A stretch of 63,701 bases of DNA, filler included. It is 7 parts of 7 records of this genome, joined end to end, with 100 filler letters (N's around TTAATTAATTAA, not from the genome) between each part and the next. Parts side by side here need not be neighbours in the genome. Positions count along the whole stretch, not along the records: positions 1 to 13,035 come from SRR31147125_25944; positions 13,136 to 21,816 come from SRR31147125_25945; 5 more parts are not named here. The stretch is one strand, 5' to 3'. Within the stretch, counting starts at the first letter, position 1, and every line of letters starts with the position of its first letter. The position numbers and the translations under genes are program-made. The notes under the pieces were generated by a model. That model did no database searches. It had not been told where the DNA came from and saw only the letters and a program-made list of their open reading frames with translations. Below, in pieces: positions 10,949 to 21,916 of the stretch.

Positions 10949-11857
10949 CTACACCTTTAACCAATCTACTATTCTTTTTATCCCTGTTTCAAATGATATG
11001 TTTGGCTGCCATTTTGCTTGGGTTTTAAGCTTTGTTATATCTGGCATTATGCTTACTATTCCTGTTTTTGGATACTCTACAGCTCCAAAAATAAGGTCGC
11101 TTTGTGTTTTTGTTATATCTTTCATATCTTCAATAAAACTCTTTAGTTGCCTCGTATCATCGCTTCCAAAGTTATAAGCTCCGTCTAAAACATTGTTATT
11201 CATAAGTGATACAAGAGCGTTTACAGCATCCTCTATATGTAAAAAGTTCCAGTTTTGAATGCATTGCGTAAGCTTGCAAGGCTCATTATTTAACATATTG
11301 TTCAATATGGATATTACCATAGTTCCAGAAAAGTCTCCTTCACCATAAAGGCTGAAAAACCGCGGTTCTATAAGTGTTGTACCACGTTGCTTGCAAAGCT
11401 GTAACGATCTTTCAAAAAGCTCCAGTTTCTTTTTTCCATATTGAGTTTTTGGCTGACATATGGTTTGTTCACTGATTACTCTATCATTTATACCATATTG
11501 TGCTTGTGATCCAGCTAAAAATATCTTTTTCGTACCATACTCGCAAAGACTTTTTATTAAATCGTAGGAATACTCAAGGTTGTCATTTTGCATGTCCTCA
11601 TCATCTCTATCCTTGCCACGTGTTCCGTTCCAAGAAAGATGAAAAGCGCAGTCTATATCATAGGGTAATGCTTTTATTATCCCTTTATAATCACACATAT
11701 TAAGTTCTAAAAAACTTATACGGTCGCTTTTCGGCAAAAGATGTTTCTTTTTGCTGTTGCTTCTAATAACCGCCAAAATATGATGGTTATCAGATATTAA
11801 TCGCTTAATCAGGTTTATACCAATAAAGCTTGTAGCACCTGTAATAAGTATGTTCAT
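10949..11857 (-). CDS. NAD-dependent epimerase/reductase (extended SDR, NDP-sugar)
   Basis: ILITGATSFIG, GSQAQYG, YGKKK (YxxxK). Confidence 0.85.
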   Translation of the reverse strand: MNILITGATSFIGINLIKRLISDNHHILAVIRSNSKKKHLLPKSDRISFLELNMCDYKGIIKALPYDIDCAFHLSWNGTRGKDRDDEDMQNDNLEYSYDLIKSLCEYGTKKIFLAGSQAQYGINDRVISEQTICQPKTQYGKKKLELFERSLQLCKQRGTTLIEPRFFSLYGEGDFSGTMVISILNNMLNNEPCKLTQCIQNWNFLHIEDAVNALVSLMNNNVLDGAYNFGSDDTRQLKSFIEDMKDITKTQSDLIFGAVEYPKTGIVSIMPDITKLKTQAKWQPNISFETGIKRIVDWLKV

Positions 11858-11860
11858 ATA

Positions 11861-12781
11861 TTATTTACCCATATCTTTTGATATTCTATCTGCGATGCTT
11901 ATTGCATCGATTTTACATTGTTTTCTTAAATAATCTTGAGTCCCAACAGCACTTACGTAAGTATCTTGTATGCCAAATCTTACTATTCTACTGCTGTTTT
12001 TAATGCTTGAAGCAGTTTCACATACAGCACTGCCAAAGCCACCGACTATATTGTGCTCTTCTAAAGTATATAGAGTATCCATTTGGCTTGCAAGCTTTAT
12101 AACCAACTGTTCATCAATTGGCTTTGCAGTAAAGAAAGAATACACTGCACATTTAATACCTTTTTGTTTTAAAATCTCAGATGCCTTAACCGCTTGTCCT
12201 GTAATGGCTCCAACAGAAAGGATAACAGCATCATTGCCGTCACACAGCTTTGTTGCTTTCCCTACAGAAAATTCGGTATCCTCGCTAAAAAGAGTATCCT
12301 CACTGCCTTTTCCAAGCCTTATATAACAAGGGTGTTGTATGTTGCGGCTAAGCTTAGTTGCGTATACTGCCTCTATTGGGTCTGCTGGAGTAAACACCAC
12401 CATATTAGGAAGCGCCCTCATTACCGCAATATCCTCTGTTGCATGATGACTCATGCCAAGGTAACCATAAGCGAAGCCAGCACCAACCGAAACTATATTT
12501 ACATTAGCCTCATGATAACATGCATCGTTCCTTATTTGCTCTAAACATCTAAGTGTAGGAAAGTTTGCTATAGAATATGTATAAGTACAATGACCTTCAA
12601 GTGCCATACCAGTAGCAACTGACGTCATATTTTGTTCGCAGATTCCTGCATTGATAAATTGATCTGGGAAATCTGTCCAAAATTTTGTTAAAACACCATA
12701 ACCTAAGTCTCCAGTTATGAGTGTTACGCTTTTATCCTCTTTTGCCATATCATATAGAGCATTAACAAAGTCATTTCTCAT
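11861..12781 (-). CDS. Transketolase, C-terminal (pyrimidine-binding) subunit
   Basis: GDLGYG, NAGICEQNM, GMSHHATEDI, YIRLGK, LEEH..GGFGS. Confidence 0.9.
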   Translation of the reverse strand: MRNDFVNALYDMAKEDKSVTLITGDLGYGVLTKFWTDFPDQFINAGICEQNMTSVATGMALEGHCTYTYSIANFPTLRCLEQIRNDACYHEANVNIVSVGAGFAYGYLGMSHHATEDIAVMRALPNMVVFTPADPIEAVYATKLSRNIQHPCYIRLGKGSEDTLFSEDTEFSVGKATKLCDGNDAVILSVGAITGQAVKASEILKQKGIKCAVYSFFTAKPIDEQLVIKLASQMDTLYTLEEHNIVGGFGSAVCETASSIKNSSRIVRFGIQDTYVSAVGTQDYLRKQCKIDAISIADRISKDMGK

Positions 12782-12800
12782 GATTTAAGTATCCTTTCGT

Positions 12801-13035
12801 CTAAACCTTTGCAGAATTTAGCTCTTCTACTGCCATAGTATAAAATTCATCTTTCGGGTCTCTATAATGATACAAGATGTTTTGTTCCATAAACGAAACA
12901 CCTTTACCTTTTACCGTATGAGCTATTACAACTGTAGGTTTTTCTTTATCAGTTTGCACTAAAGCATTTTTTAATGCTTCATGCTTATGTCCATCCACTT
13001 CAACAACATTCCAGCCAAAAGATCTCCATTTTTCG
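12801..13035 (-). CDS. Transketolase, N-terminal (TPP-binding) subunit, 3' fragment at the contig end
   Basis: KWRSFGWNVVEVDGH..KPTVVIAHTVKGKGVSFME. Confidence 0.85.
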
Positions 13036-13135
13036 NNNNNNNNNNNNNNNNNNNNNNNNNNNNNNNNNNNNNNNNNNNNTTAATTAATTAANNNNNNNNN
13101 NNNNNNNNNNNNNNNNNNNNNNNNNNNNNNNNNNN
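13036..13135. other. Artificial contig linker (N44-TTAATTAATTAA-N44)
   Basis: Identical 100-nt spacer with stops in all six frames; composition changes across it. Confidence 0.98.
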
Positions 13136-13199
13136 GGGGATAAGGCATGGCTGGAAAATCTTAATAATCCGTTTCATCAGTAGTCAAACAATATTTTTC

Positions 13200-13246
13200 T
13201 TGCATACAAATCTAAAATTATTTATACTAAGGTGTACAAAAGTACA
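13200..13246 (+). promoter_or_regulatory. Sigma70-type promoter of the dnaE gene with an adjacent palindromic operator candidate
   Basis: TTGCAT (13200-13205), 17-bp spacer, TATACT (13223-13228), then the palindrome TGTAC-N4-GTACA (13233-13246). Confidence 0.55.
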
Positions 13247-13330
13247 ATCTTGTGCAAACAGTGAAACGATCGACTGTTACAAAAGTTTAATACGTGAGAA
13301 CCGATAATATTTTGGAGTTTATATCAATCC

Positions 13331-16300
13331 GTGAATGTAAATAAGACCACAAACTTTGTCCACCTGCACGTTCCACTGAATTATTCCCTGTGCCGGGGTG
13401 CCAATACCATTGAACAGATTTGTGCCACAGCAAAAAGAATGGGGATGAGTCATATGGCATTGACCGACACAAATGGCGTGTATGGTATGGTGTGGTTTCT
13501 GGAGATGGCTGAATCCTATGGCTTAACACCCATCATCGGGGTAGAATTAAAGACAGAACAGCATCATTGCGTGATGCTGGCAAAAAATGTAAAGGGATAT
13601 CAATGCTTGTGTCGCGCTATCAGCTGTCTGCATGCTGAGGAGGATTTTGATATATCGGACTTTTTGTTGCGGGAACGGCGTGATGTGGTGATTTTGTCGA
13701 ACCAGATAGAGCTCCTTTCCGGGCTGGCTCAAAAAGATTCTCTACAGGATGTTTACGCTGAACTCATTCCTTATGATAACAGGGAGGAGGTGCTTGGATT
13801 TGCCAGACGACATGGTATACAGGTGGTTGCCAGTAATGCTGTTTATTTTATCGAACCCCAAGACTGGGATATTCACCAGTTGCTGCGTGCCATTGATCTG
13901 AATACCACGTGTGAACGGATTCCGACTGACGAAATCGTGCCTCGTCAAGCCTGTTTCAGGAGCAGGGAGCAGATGCAACAGGATTTTCCTGATTGCCCCG
14001 AAGCTATTATTAATACGCAAAATATAGCCAATGAATGTAGTTTTAATTTGAGGAGTGACAGGTTTATTTTTCCCTCCTATAAAGGGCCTCAGGGTGAAGA
14101 TGCGCACACGTTTCTTGAAAAAAGAGTGATCCAGGGAGTGACCTGGCGGTATGGTCAGATGAACAGACGTATTCGTCAGCGCATGGATTACGAGCTTGGT
14201 ATTATTCGCGAGAAAAAGTTCGCGCCCTATTTCCTGGTTGTGGCAGACATTGTCAATAAAGCGCCCAGAACCTGCGGACGTGGTTCTGCTGCCGCGAGTC
14301 TGGTCAGTTATTGTTTGGGTATCACCCACGTTGATCCGATAAAATATGACTTGTTCTTTGAAAGATTCTTAAATCCCGGCAGAAAAGATCCACCTGACAT
14401 TGATGTGGATTTCCCCTGGGATGAACGGGATGATATACTGGATTTCATATTTCAAAAGTATGGTTTTGGTTATACAGCCATGATCTCTAACCATAATTGT
14501 TTTAAAGCGCGTTCCGCGGTCAGAGAAATTGCCAAAGTTTATGGATTGCCTGATAACGAAATCGGTGAGGTGTCCAAAAAAATAACAAGTTACTGGCAGC
14601 CGCAGGATATCTGGAAATTAACTCAATCTCATCCCAAATTTAAAAACACGGAATTGCTGCAGCCGTGGCCTGAGATTATCAAAAAAGCGGAAAAAATACG
14701 CGGATATCCCCGGCATTTATCTGTTCATTGTGGTGGTGTGGTCATTGCGCCGGATGGACTGGATCGTTATGTGCCTTTTCAACCAGCCAAAAAGGTGTTA
14801 AAGCTGACGGACCAGTTAGCCGATGGATCAAGCGGAATACCACGCAGCAATGGAAACGGAAACACTGTCCAGGTTGTGCAATGGGAAAAAGATCAGGCTG
14901 AAGAGATGGGACTGATCAAGATGGATATACTGGGTAACCGCTCTCTGGCTGTGATTCGTGATGCCCTGGCTGCTGTAAAAGCAAATTACGGAATTGAAAT
15001 CGACTATCAAAAATGGAATCCACTTGATGATAAAAAAACGCTGGAGTATATGGCCAGGGGCGACACCATTGGTGTCTTTTATGTCGAATCCCCGGCCATG
15101 CGGTTGCTGCAACAAAAGACCGGTAAAAGCGATTTTGAACATCTGGTGATTCACAGTTCTATCATCCGGCCGGCTGCCAATGAATACATTAACGAGTATG
15201 TACGACGATTAAAAGGCGGTGCATACGATCCGATCCATCCGATCGTAGAGGATTTATTAAAGGAGACTTATGGCATTATGGTCTATCAGGAGGATGTCTC
15301 CAAAGTGGCCATGGCGCTGGCTGATTTTGATGCGGCTGAGGCGGATGATCTGCGCAAAATCATGACAAAGAAACATAAAAAACGACAGCTGCAGGATTAT
15401 CAACGCAAGTTTTATTTGGGTGGGCAAAGCAAAGGTGTGTCGCCGGAAATGTGTAAAAAAATCTGGGATATGATTATGAGCTTTTCCGGGTACAGTTTTT
15501 GCAAGCCTCATTCTGCATCTTATGCAATGGTATCTTTTAAATCTGCTTTTTTACGTGCGCACTATCCCGCTGAATTTATCGCCTCGGTCATATCAAATCA
15601 GGGGGATATTATTCGACGTTTGCTTATATTTCCGAAGCCAGGCGAATGGGACTGAACATATTGATGCCGGATATTAACAAGAGTCAACAGTGTTATTTTG
15701 GAAAAAACCAGGATGTTCGCATTGGTTTGATGCAGCTTAAAGGATTATCTAACAAAGCGTTACAGGCTTTTTTGCAAAGTCGGGAAAAAGATGGACCTTT
15801 TAGATCTTTTGACGATTTTTTGACCAGGATCACAATAGATCCCTCAGATATTACGATATTAATAAAGGCGGGATGTTTTGATGGATTGGAACCTGGCAGA
15901 TCCCGTCCTGAGTTACTTTGGCGACTGGAATGGCGTGTGGCACAAAGGCAACAGTCCAGGCACGAAATGTCCTTATCTCTGTTTGAGGATAACAAGCCAC
16001 AACAAAATGTATTGCCAAAACCGGACAATTATGACGAGAAAACCATACTGCAACATGAGGTGGATACGTTGGGATTTTTGCTTTCTCGTCACCCATTGAC
16101 ACTATATAAAGAACGACTTTTAAAGCTGGATTACGTGAAAGGTAAAGATCTTTTCAAGCATATTGGCAAAAAAGTGAAAACAGTGGGATGGCTTATCACT
16201 CATAAAGTTGTTAGTACCAGGAAAAAGGAGTTGATGGAGTTTATGAGTTTTGAAGATACAACTGCGATTTACGAAACTGTCTTTTTTCCAAAGGCTTTCG

Positions 16301-16410
16301 CTGAATTTGTGCATATGATTACCAGTACCAGACCCTATATTTTGTCCGGTAAAGTAGATAGCCAGTATGGGGCGGTTACGTTAACGGTAGATAAAGTGGC
16401 TCTTTTGTAA
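13331..16410 (+). CDS. dnaE: DNA polymerase III alpha subunit, DnaE2/error-prone type, with a 1-nt frameshift at the G-run near 15601
   Basis: PHP domain (HLHV, ALTDTNG), RGSAAASLV, PPDIDVDF, HLSVHCGGVV, KMDILG, YSFCKPHSASYA. Adding one G restores SNQGGYYSTFAYISEARRMGL and joins the HhH and OB domains. Confidence 0.9.
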
Positions 16411-16716
16411 AATATAAATCTGATTTACCAGATGATTTCGATTATTTGTTAAAATAAAATACGACAGAACATCGTTTTTTCAGGATCAAAAACCTGAAAA
16501 AAAGTATATGTAATATGGATCAGATGTCTGGTAATATCTCATAGATAGAGACGAAAAAATCGTGATAAATGTTAAAAAAAGACAATTTAATTGATTTACG
16601 GCTTGAATTTTGTATAAAAAGTATTATTATTGAATATGTTTCAATTTTGTAATTATTATAAAGCATTTTGAATATTTGAATTAATTATGTATAGATAAGC
16701 GATAAAAGGAATCGTT

Positions 16717-17784
16717 GTGATCGATACAAGATTGAAAAAATTTATTAAATTTATGCCCAAGGTTGAGCTGCATCTGCACCTGGAAGGATCTATCCGGGCA
16801 CACACAGCTATGGAGTTTATTCAGCGCAACAATAAGACATGTTCGACAACCAGTATTAACGATATAAAAAAACTGTACCGTTTCAACAGTTTGTCAGAGT
16901 TTGTGCAAGCGATGAGAGCTGTGTCGGATAATATTATCTATCTGGAGGATCTAAAAAGAGTTACGTCTGAGCTGCTAAAATCTCTGGCCCAACAAAATGT
17001 ACGCTATGTTGAATTTGATTGCGCCATTCAAAAATATTTAAACCTGGGTTACTCGTTAGAAGACATTATTGAAACAATCTACTCATGTGTTCGGACGGAA
17101 CAAAGACATCTGAACTTACAGGCAAAACTTATTGTTAATATCCAGCGCGCTCATGGCAGCAAAAAGGCAGTCAACCTTGTCAGACAAATCGCGGAACTGG
17201 AGCATCCGTTTATTGCCGGAATCGGATTATCCGGAGATGAAACTAAATATCCTCAGTATCTGTTTGCAGATGCTTTCGAGTTAGCAAAATTTTATGATCT
17301 GAAACGAACAGCCCATGCCGGTGAGGCGATGGGTCCTGAAAGCATCTGGGGCGCCATCCGTCATCTTTATGTAAATCGGATCGATCATGGTACGCGGGCA
17401 GTTGAAGATACCCGTTTAATGAATTATCTGATAGATTCTCAGATACCCTTAACACAATGTCTTAGCAGTAATATTCGTTTACATGTTGTGAATAATATTC
17501 AAAATCATCCATTTGGATTGTTCTATCAAAATGGACTTTTTGTTACATTAAATACAGATGATCCCGAGGTTTTTGGTACCACACTCACCAGAGAGTATGA
17601 ATTGGCTGCAGAGAACTTTCAGCTTTCAGCTGATGATTTGTCGAAAATTGTTATAAACGGACTAGCCGCCTCTTTTCTGGATGATGAATCTAAAAGAGAT
17701 CTGATGGAAAAGGTACAGGCCGAATTTTATCGGATTTATAACGAAATCGGCATGCAAGTGAGCGAATCTTATTCATTACGATAA
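16717..17784 (+). CDS. add: Adenosine deaminase family protein
   Basis: PKVELHLHLEGS, TAHAGE, RIDHG, CLSSN, LNTDDP. Confidence 0.9.
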   Translation: MIDTRLKKFIKFMPKVELHLHLEGSIRAHTAMEFIQRNNKTCSTTSINDIKKLYRFNSLSEFVQAMRAVSDNIIYLEDLKRVTSELLKSLAQQNVRYVEFDCAIQKYLNLGYSLEDIIETIYSCVRTEQRHLNLQAKLIVNIQRAHGSKKAVNLVRQIAELEHPFIAGIGLSGDETKYPQYLFADAFELAKFYDLKRTAHAGEAMGPESIWGAIRHLYVNRIDHGTRAVEDTRLMNYLIDSQIPLTQCLSSNIRLHVVNNIQNHPFGLFYQNGLFVTLNTDDPEVFGTTLTREYELAAENFQLSADDLSKIVINGLAASFLDDESKRDLMEKVQAEFYRIYNEIGMQVSESYSLR

Positions 17785-17836
17785 TCACCTGTCCTGTTTG
17801 TTAATTAACCATTTTACTTATCGACTGGAGAATCTC

Positions 17837-18394
17837 ATGAAAAAACTGGCTGCACTTATTCTGCTTGCTGTTGTTTTAACGATACCGTTTGAAGCATCGG
17901 CTTTAAATTTATTTGGATTTGGACCACGAGCCGGTTATTATAAAGTAAAAGACGCGGATGAAGGGGATATTATGGGAGGCGTGGCTGCCAGATTAAAATT
18001 GTTGGGTATCCTGGGCGTAGAGGCTTCAATAGATTATCGCTCGGAAGAGTATGTAGATGGTGGCGTATCTGTGGATAGCTGGCCAGTTATGGTGACAGGA
18101 ATCGTATACCCGTTTCCACTGGTCTATGGACTCGCTGGTTTTGGCTGGTATAATAACAAATACGAGTATGATGCTGAGAAATTAGGTGTACAATTGGCAG
18201 GTGCTTTTGAAGAAAGCGTACAGGAGACAGGCTGGCATTTTGGCGCCGGTCTTGAGCTGCCACTCGGTTTTGCAACTTTGGCCGCTGATATTCGATATGT
18301 CTTTCTGGATTATGATTTTGAGAAACTCCCGGGCAGTAAGGAAGTCGATTCGAATTTTTATATGATTACTGCGGGATTATTGTTTGGTTTTTAA
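17837..18394 (+). CDS. Outer-membrane beta-barrel (OmpA-TM/porin-like) protein
   Basis: Signal peptide, amphipathic strands, C-terminal F, GGAG Shine-Dalgarno before ATG 17837. Confidence 0.75.
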   Translation: MKKLAALILLAVVLTIPFEASALNLFGFGPRAGYYKVKDADEGDIMGGVAARLKLLGILGVEASIDYRSEEYVDGGVSVDSWPVMVTGIVYPFPLVYGLAGFGWYNNKYEYDAEKLGVQLAGAFEESVQETGWHFGAGLELPLGFATLAADIRYVFLDYDFEKLPGSKEVDSNFYMITAGLLFGF

Positions 18395-18466
18395 TCTGTT
18401 ACAATCGTTAGTAAGATTCTCTGAAATTGATCTTTAGGGAGATCTTTATTCAAAAGAATTGATAAA

Positions 18467-18507
18467 GGGCCTGTAGCATTATTGTAAAGCTACAAGGCCT
18501 TTTTTTA
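18467..18507 (+). terminator. Intrinsic terminator
   Basis: GGCCTGTAGC..GCTACAAGGCC followed by a T tract. Confidence 0.6.
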
Positions 18508-19617
18508 TGTCTGTCTCTACCTGTTTCAGGTCATCCGGTTTACCCAGATCTCGCCAGTAATTATTCTTCATTTGAAAACCAAATACTTTTCTACCCTCAG
18601 CTGCCAGCTGTAAGTAGAGATCTATACTCTTGAATTTCTCCTGAAAATAATCCATGAAAACATACGGGGAAATGATCTGAATACCATTAAATCCATAAAA
18701 CCCAATTTCTCCTTCGGGTTGTTTAATCAGATTCGCTTTTTTTCGATCCTCCTGACCCCGACCGCATAATTGATTTTTTTATCAAAAACGAGATATCGTT
18801 TTGTCAATCGATCCTGGATCGCAAGAGAGATACATGCCTTTTCAGCGACGTGTTGGTTATAAAATTCGCCCAGGTCCAGATCCGTTAATACATCCACATT
18901 ATGAACCAGGACCGGTTCATCTGTACTCAGAGATTTTACGATGTTGCGGATACCGCCGCCTGTATCGAGGATCTCCTTTTCATGAAATAGTGTGATTTTC
19001 GCCTGAAAATGCTGATTTTTTATAAAATGCTCTACCTGATCGGCAAAGGCATGCACATTAATATAAATTTCATCAAATCCTTCCGAGTAAAGTTTTTGAA
19101 TCACGATTTTCAGGAGAGGTTTATCAACGATTTTTACCAGCGCTTTTGGACGTGAATCCGTCAAGGGGCGAAGGCGCGTGCCAAAACCGGCTGCCAGTAT
19201 GATCGCTTTCATGAATAAAAAATCCGGTTTATCAATGTGATAAAGATGGACAGAATAACCTTCCTGTTTAAGACGTTTGACCATCTTTTCCGCGCAATAG
19301 ACTGAACGATGCTGACCTCCCGTGCATCCAAATGAAACCATCAGGTTTGTAAACTGTCTTTTTTCATAATTTTGAGCATGCAAAAGCACGAGTGAAAACG
19401 CATTCTTCATAAAGTCGTCTACATTCGTTTCTTTTTCCAGAAAATGAATAACCTCCTGGTCCTGTCCTGTTTTTTGTAAAAACTGACTCTGTCGTCCCGG
19501 ATTTTCCAGACCGCGGCAATCAAAAACATATCCACCACCGTTTCCTGTTTTATCTTGCGGTATTCCTGATTTATGGTAACCAAAACTATAAATGTTTATT
19601 GTTAGAGAACTTTTCAT
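18479..19617 (-). CDS. RapZ C-terminal-like domain apparently fused to a MurU-like nucleotidyltransferase, with a frameshift near 18775
   Basis: SFGY..GNGGGYVFDCRGLENPGR and FGCTGGQHRSVY, then MKAIILAAGFGTRLRPLTDSRPKAL, LDTGGG, HNVDV. The alternate frame continues to YWRDLGKPDDL and stops at 18479. Confidence 0.8.
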
Positions 19618-19672
19618 CTTTTTTTAGATTCCTTATTGTGAATGTCTGTGTTGAACTGGGTGTAGCTTTCTA

Positions 19673-20692
19673 TCATAGCTCTCTTAGAGCAGGATCCTGG
19701 CACATATTTATAAATATTTCCTTGAGCACGGGCAGTCTGTCTAAAATTGTTCTTTTGCCTAAAATTATTTCCAGATTCTTAACGGCATAGGGCACACTGG
19801 ATAAAAAACGTTTTTTACCCTTTACCTGAGACAAATAGCCATATGCCCCAAAAGTCTGCAAAATCCGGATGAGAACAAAGCCGTAAAAATAGTTAAAAAA
19901 CCGAGAGACATCGATATTTTGCCATTTTGATGCTGACTCGATGTAGAAATCGACCAATTCTTCACGGATATTTTGTGGAATATTGGCTTTGGCATTGAAT
20001 AGCAAAGAGGCAACATCATACTGTAACGCGCCGCGTCGACCGGACTGATAATCAATGAAATAAGGTTTTTCATCTTTTATCATGATATTTCGTGACTGAA
20101 AATCACGATATAAAAAATAATCCGGTTTTTCCTCTAACAAATGATTAGTAAGAGTGTTGAAATCTTTTTCCAGCTCATCCCGGTCCAGCTTGTGTTTGTA
20201 AAATACGGCAAGAAATCGCTCATAAAAATAATACAAATCAAAAAGCATAGATTCGGTGGCAAAAATTGGATGCTGATAACAATAGGAATAATCCAATGTT
20301 TTACCCGCTTTAATCTGAAATTGAGGTAACCATTGCAGGATAACTTTGTACATCTCAAATATGCGGTCAGAAAAGCCTTCTTTTTCACGAATGTCTGTCA
20401 TCCAGTCAAAAAAAGTGATAGAACCAAGGTCTTCCTCCAGGTAGATATCTTTTTCCAGATCCTCAGCATAGATGGCCGGAACCGGCAAGTTATATGTCCG
20501 AAAATGCCTTGAAAAATGGATAAATGCCTCATTCTCCGGTCTGTTTTTACCAATAATACCTATGACGGAACGATTTTGATTTATAATTCGATATATACAC
20601 CTGTCAGAGCCATCGCCTTTTAACATGTGGATAGAATCGGGATATTCAGACCAGGTCTGATAGTATAATTTTTCCAGATTGGTTTTGTTCAA
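19673..20692 (-). CDS. APH-fold sugar kinase, AmgK-like (anomeric MurNAc/GlcNAc kinase family)
   Basis: GDGSDRCIYR, EEDLG, LYRDFQSRNIM, IDYQ, YDVASLL; upstream of a MurU-like gene. Confidence 0.8.
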   Translation of the reverse strand: MNKTNLEKLYYQTWSEYPDSIHMLKGDGSDRCIYRIINQNRSVIGIIGKNRPENEAFIHFSRHFRTYNLPVPAIYAEDLEKDIYLEEDLGSITFFDWMTDIREKEGFSDRIFEMYKVILQWLPQFQIKAGKTLDYSYCYQHPIFATESMLFDLYYFYERFLAVFYKHKLDRDELEKDFNTLTNHLLEEKPDYFLYRDFQSRNIMIKDEKPYFIDYQSGRRGALQYDVASLLFNAKANIPQNIREELVDFYIESASKWQNIDVSRFFNYFYGFVLIRILQTFGAYGYLSQVKGKKRFLSSVPYAVKNLEIILGKRTILDRLPVLKEIFINMCQDPALREL

Positions 20693-20963
20693 TTTAAAAC
20701 CCGTGTTGTCTTTAATGATTTATTTCCTGTCTAAAAATAGGCATTCTCATCATGGTATTCAATTATATTTTAAAGGTTTTAATCTAAAAATAGAGAGACA
20801 CTCTTTTTTCGTTTATTGTGGCGTGCAGTTTATGAAGCGATTTTTAAAATTAAACCATTTTGGGAACATTGTCTTCTATATCTTGTGTTTATATAAATAG
20901 AGCGTGTAAATGTTCAGGAGGTTGTTTTAAAAGTGATCGTAATGTTGAAAAAAGGAGGCCGTC

Positions 20964-21542
20964 ATGGAAACAACTTTTACAGAACTGGTCATTAAATCCC
21001 CGTTCCTTCTTGTTAAAGGATTTTTGATGGGATTTATGCAGGGACGAGGAGAGTCATTCCCATATTTCTTTCACCGCAAGGCGGGTATTACCAGGGAGAC
21101 ATTAGGTGAGATGCTCAGAGAATTGTTTGCCTTTGACAGTCACACTCATATCTGTCTGCCGGATTATGTAATAAAAGAGTTTGAGATGGCATTGAAAAAT
21201 GTTGAACCTGTCATCAGGGCGACTGTTGAATCTAAAAAAGAAATAAAAGGCGCTGAATTTTCTTTTAGTTTTAATATATACAACAAAACCCAGGCAGAGG
21301 AATGCAAAAAACTGTTTGGCCATATTGAGGATGGTGTAAAGCTGCTTGATTTTGATCCATCTGAAGAGATTAATGAAAGCTTTGTTGGAGTCAATGAGTA
21401 TGCTCCGATTCATCCGTATGTTTATCGCGGTCATGGAAAAGCACAGGGAGAGTTTGAAGGCATTATGGATTTCTATCTGTCTGTCAAACGAAGCGATATT
21501 GCTGATGTATTATTGTGTAATCATATACGTCTTAACTTTTAA
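20964..21542 (+). CDS. Hypothetical protein
   Basis: 192-aa ORF with a strong AGGAGG Shine-Dalgarno; no recognised motif. Confidence 0.7.
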   Translation: METTFTELVIKSPFLLVKGFLMGFMQGRGESFPYFFHRKAGITRETLGEMLRELFAFDSHTHICLPDYVIKEFEMALKNVEPVIRATVESKKEIKGAEFSFSFNIYNKTQAEECKKLFGHIEDGVKLLDFDPSEEINESFVGVNEYAPIHPYVYRGHGKAQGEFEGIMDFYLSVKRSDIADVLLCNHIRLNF

Positions 21543-21816
21543 ATTCTCTGCCTGGATTTAACATTTTCAATGCCCACAAAACGAGCCTTGCTGGTTTGGT
21601 CGGGCCTAAATTTCAAGGGGACTTGATCAAATTCGTTCAGGGGTGACATACCATTCTACTTTAAAAAAAGCGCTTGAACGGTTACCGCAAGAATATTTCA
21701 GAAATGGAACATGGCAGAATATAGTATCTGACATACTTTTATGTAACAAGTTGAATCATATAAAGATATAATGGAATTTTCTACACTTTATTACTTTAAA
21801 AATCCGCTTCATCTGT

Positions 21817-21916
21817 NNNNNNNNNNNNNNNNNNNNNNNNNNNNNNNNNNNNNNNNNNNNTTAATTAATTAANNNNNNNNNNNNNNNNNNNNNNNNNNNN
21901 NNNNNNNNNNNNNNNN
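21817..21916. other. Artificial contig linker
   Basis: N44-TTAATTAATTAA-N44. Confidence 0.98.

Noticed and set aside
15590-15660. Split dnaE as a programmed frameshift, split intein or pseudogene
   Set aside because: One extra G in a G5 run restores the conserved NQGGYY motif, and there are no intein motifs. The same 1-nt pattern occurs in about nine unrelated genes, which indicates sequencing error.
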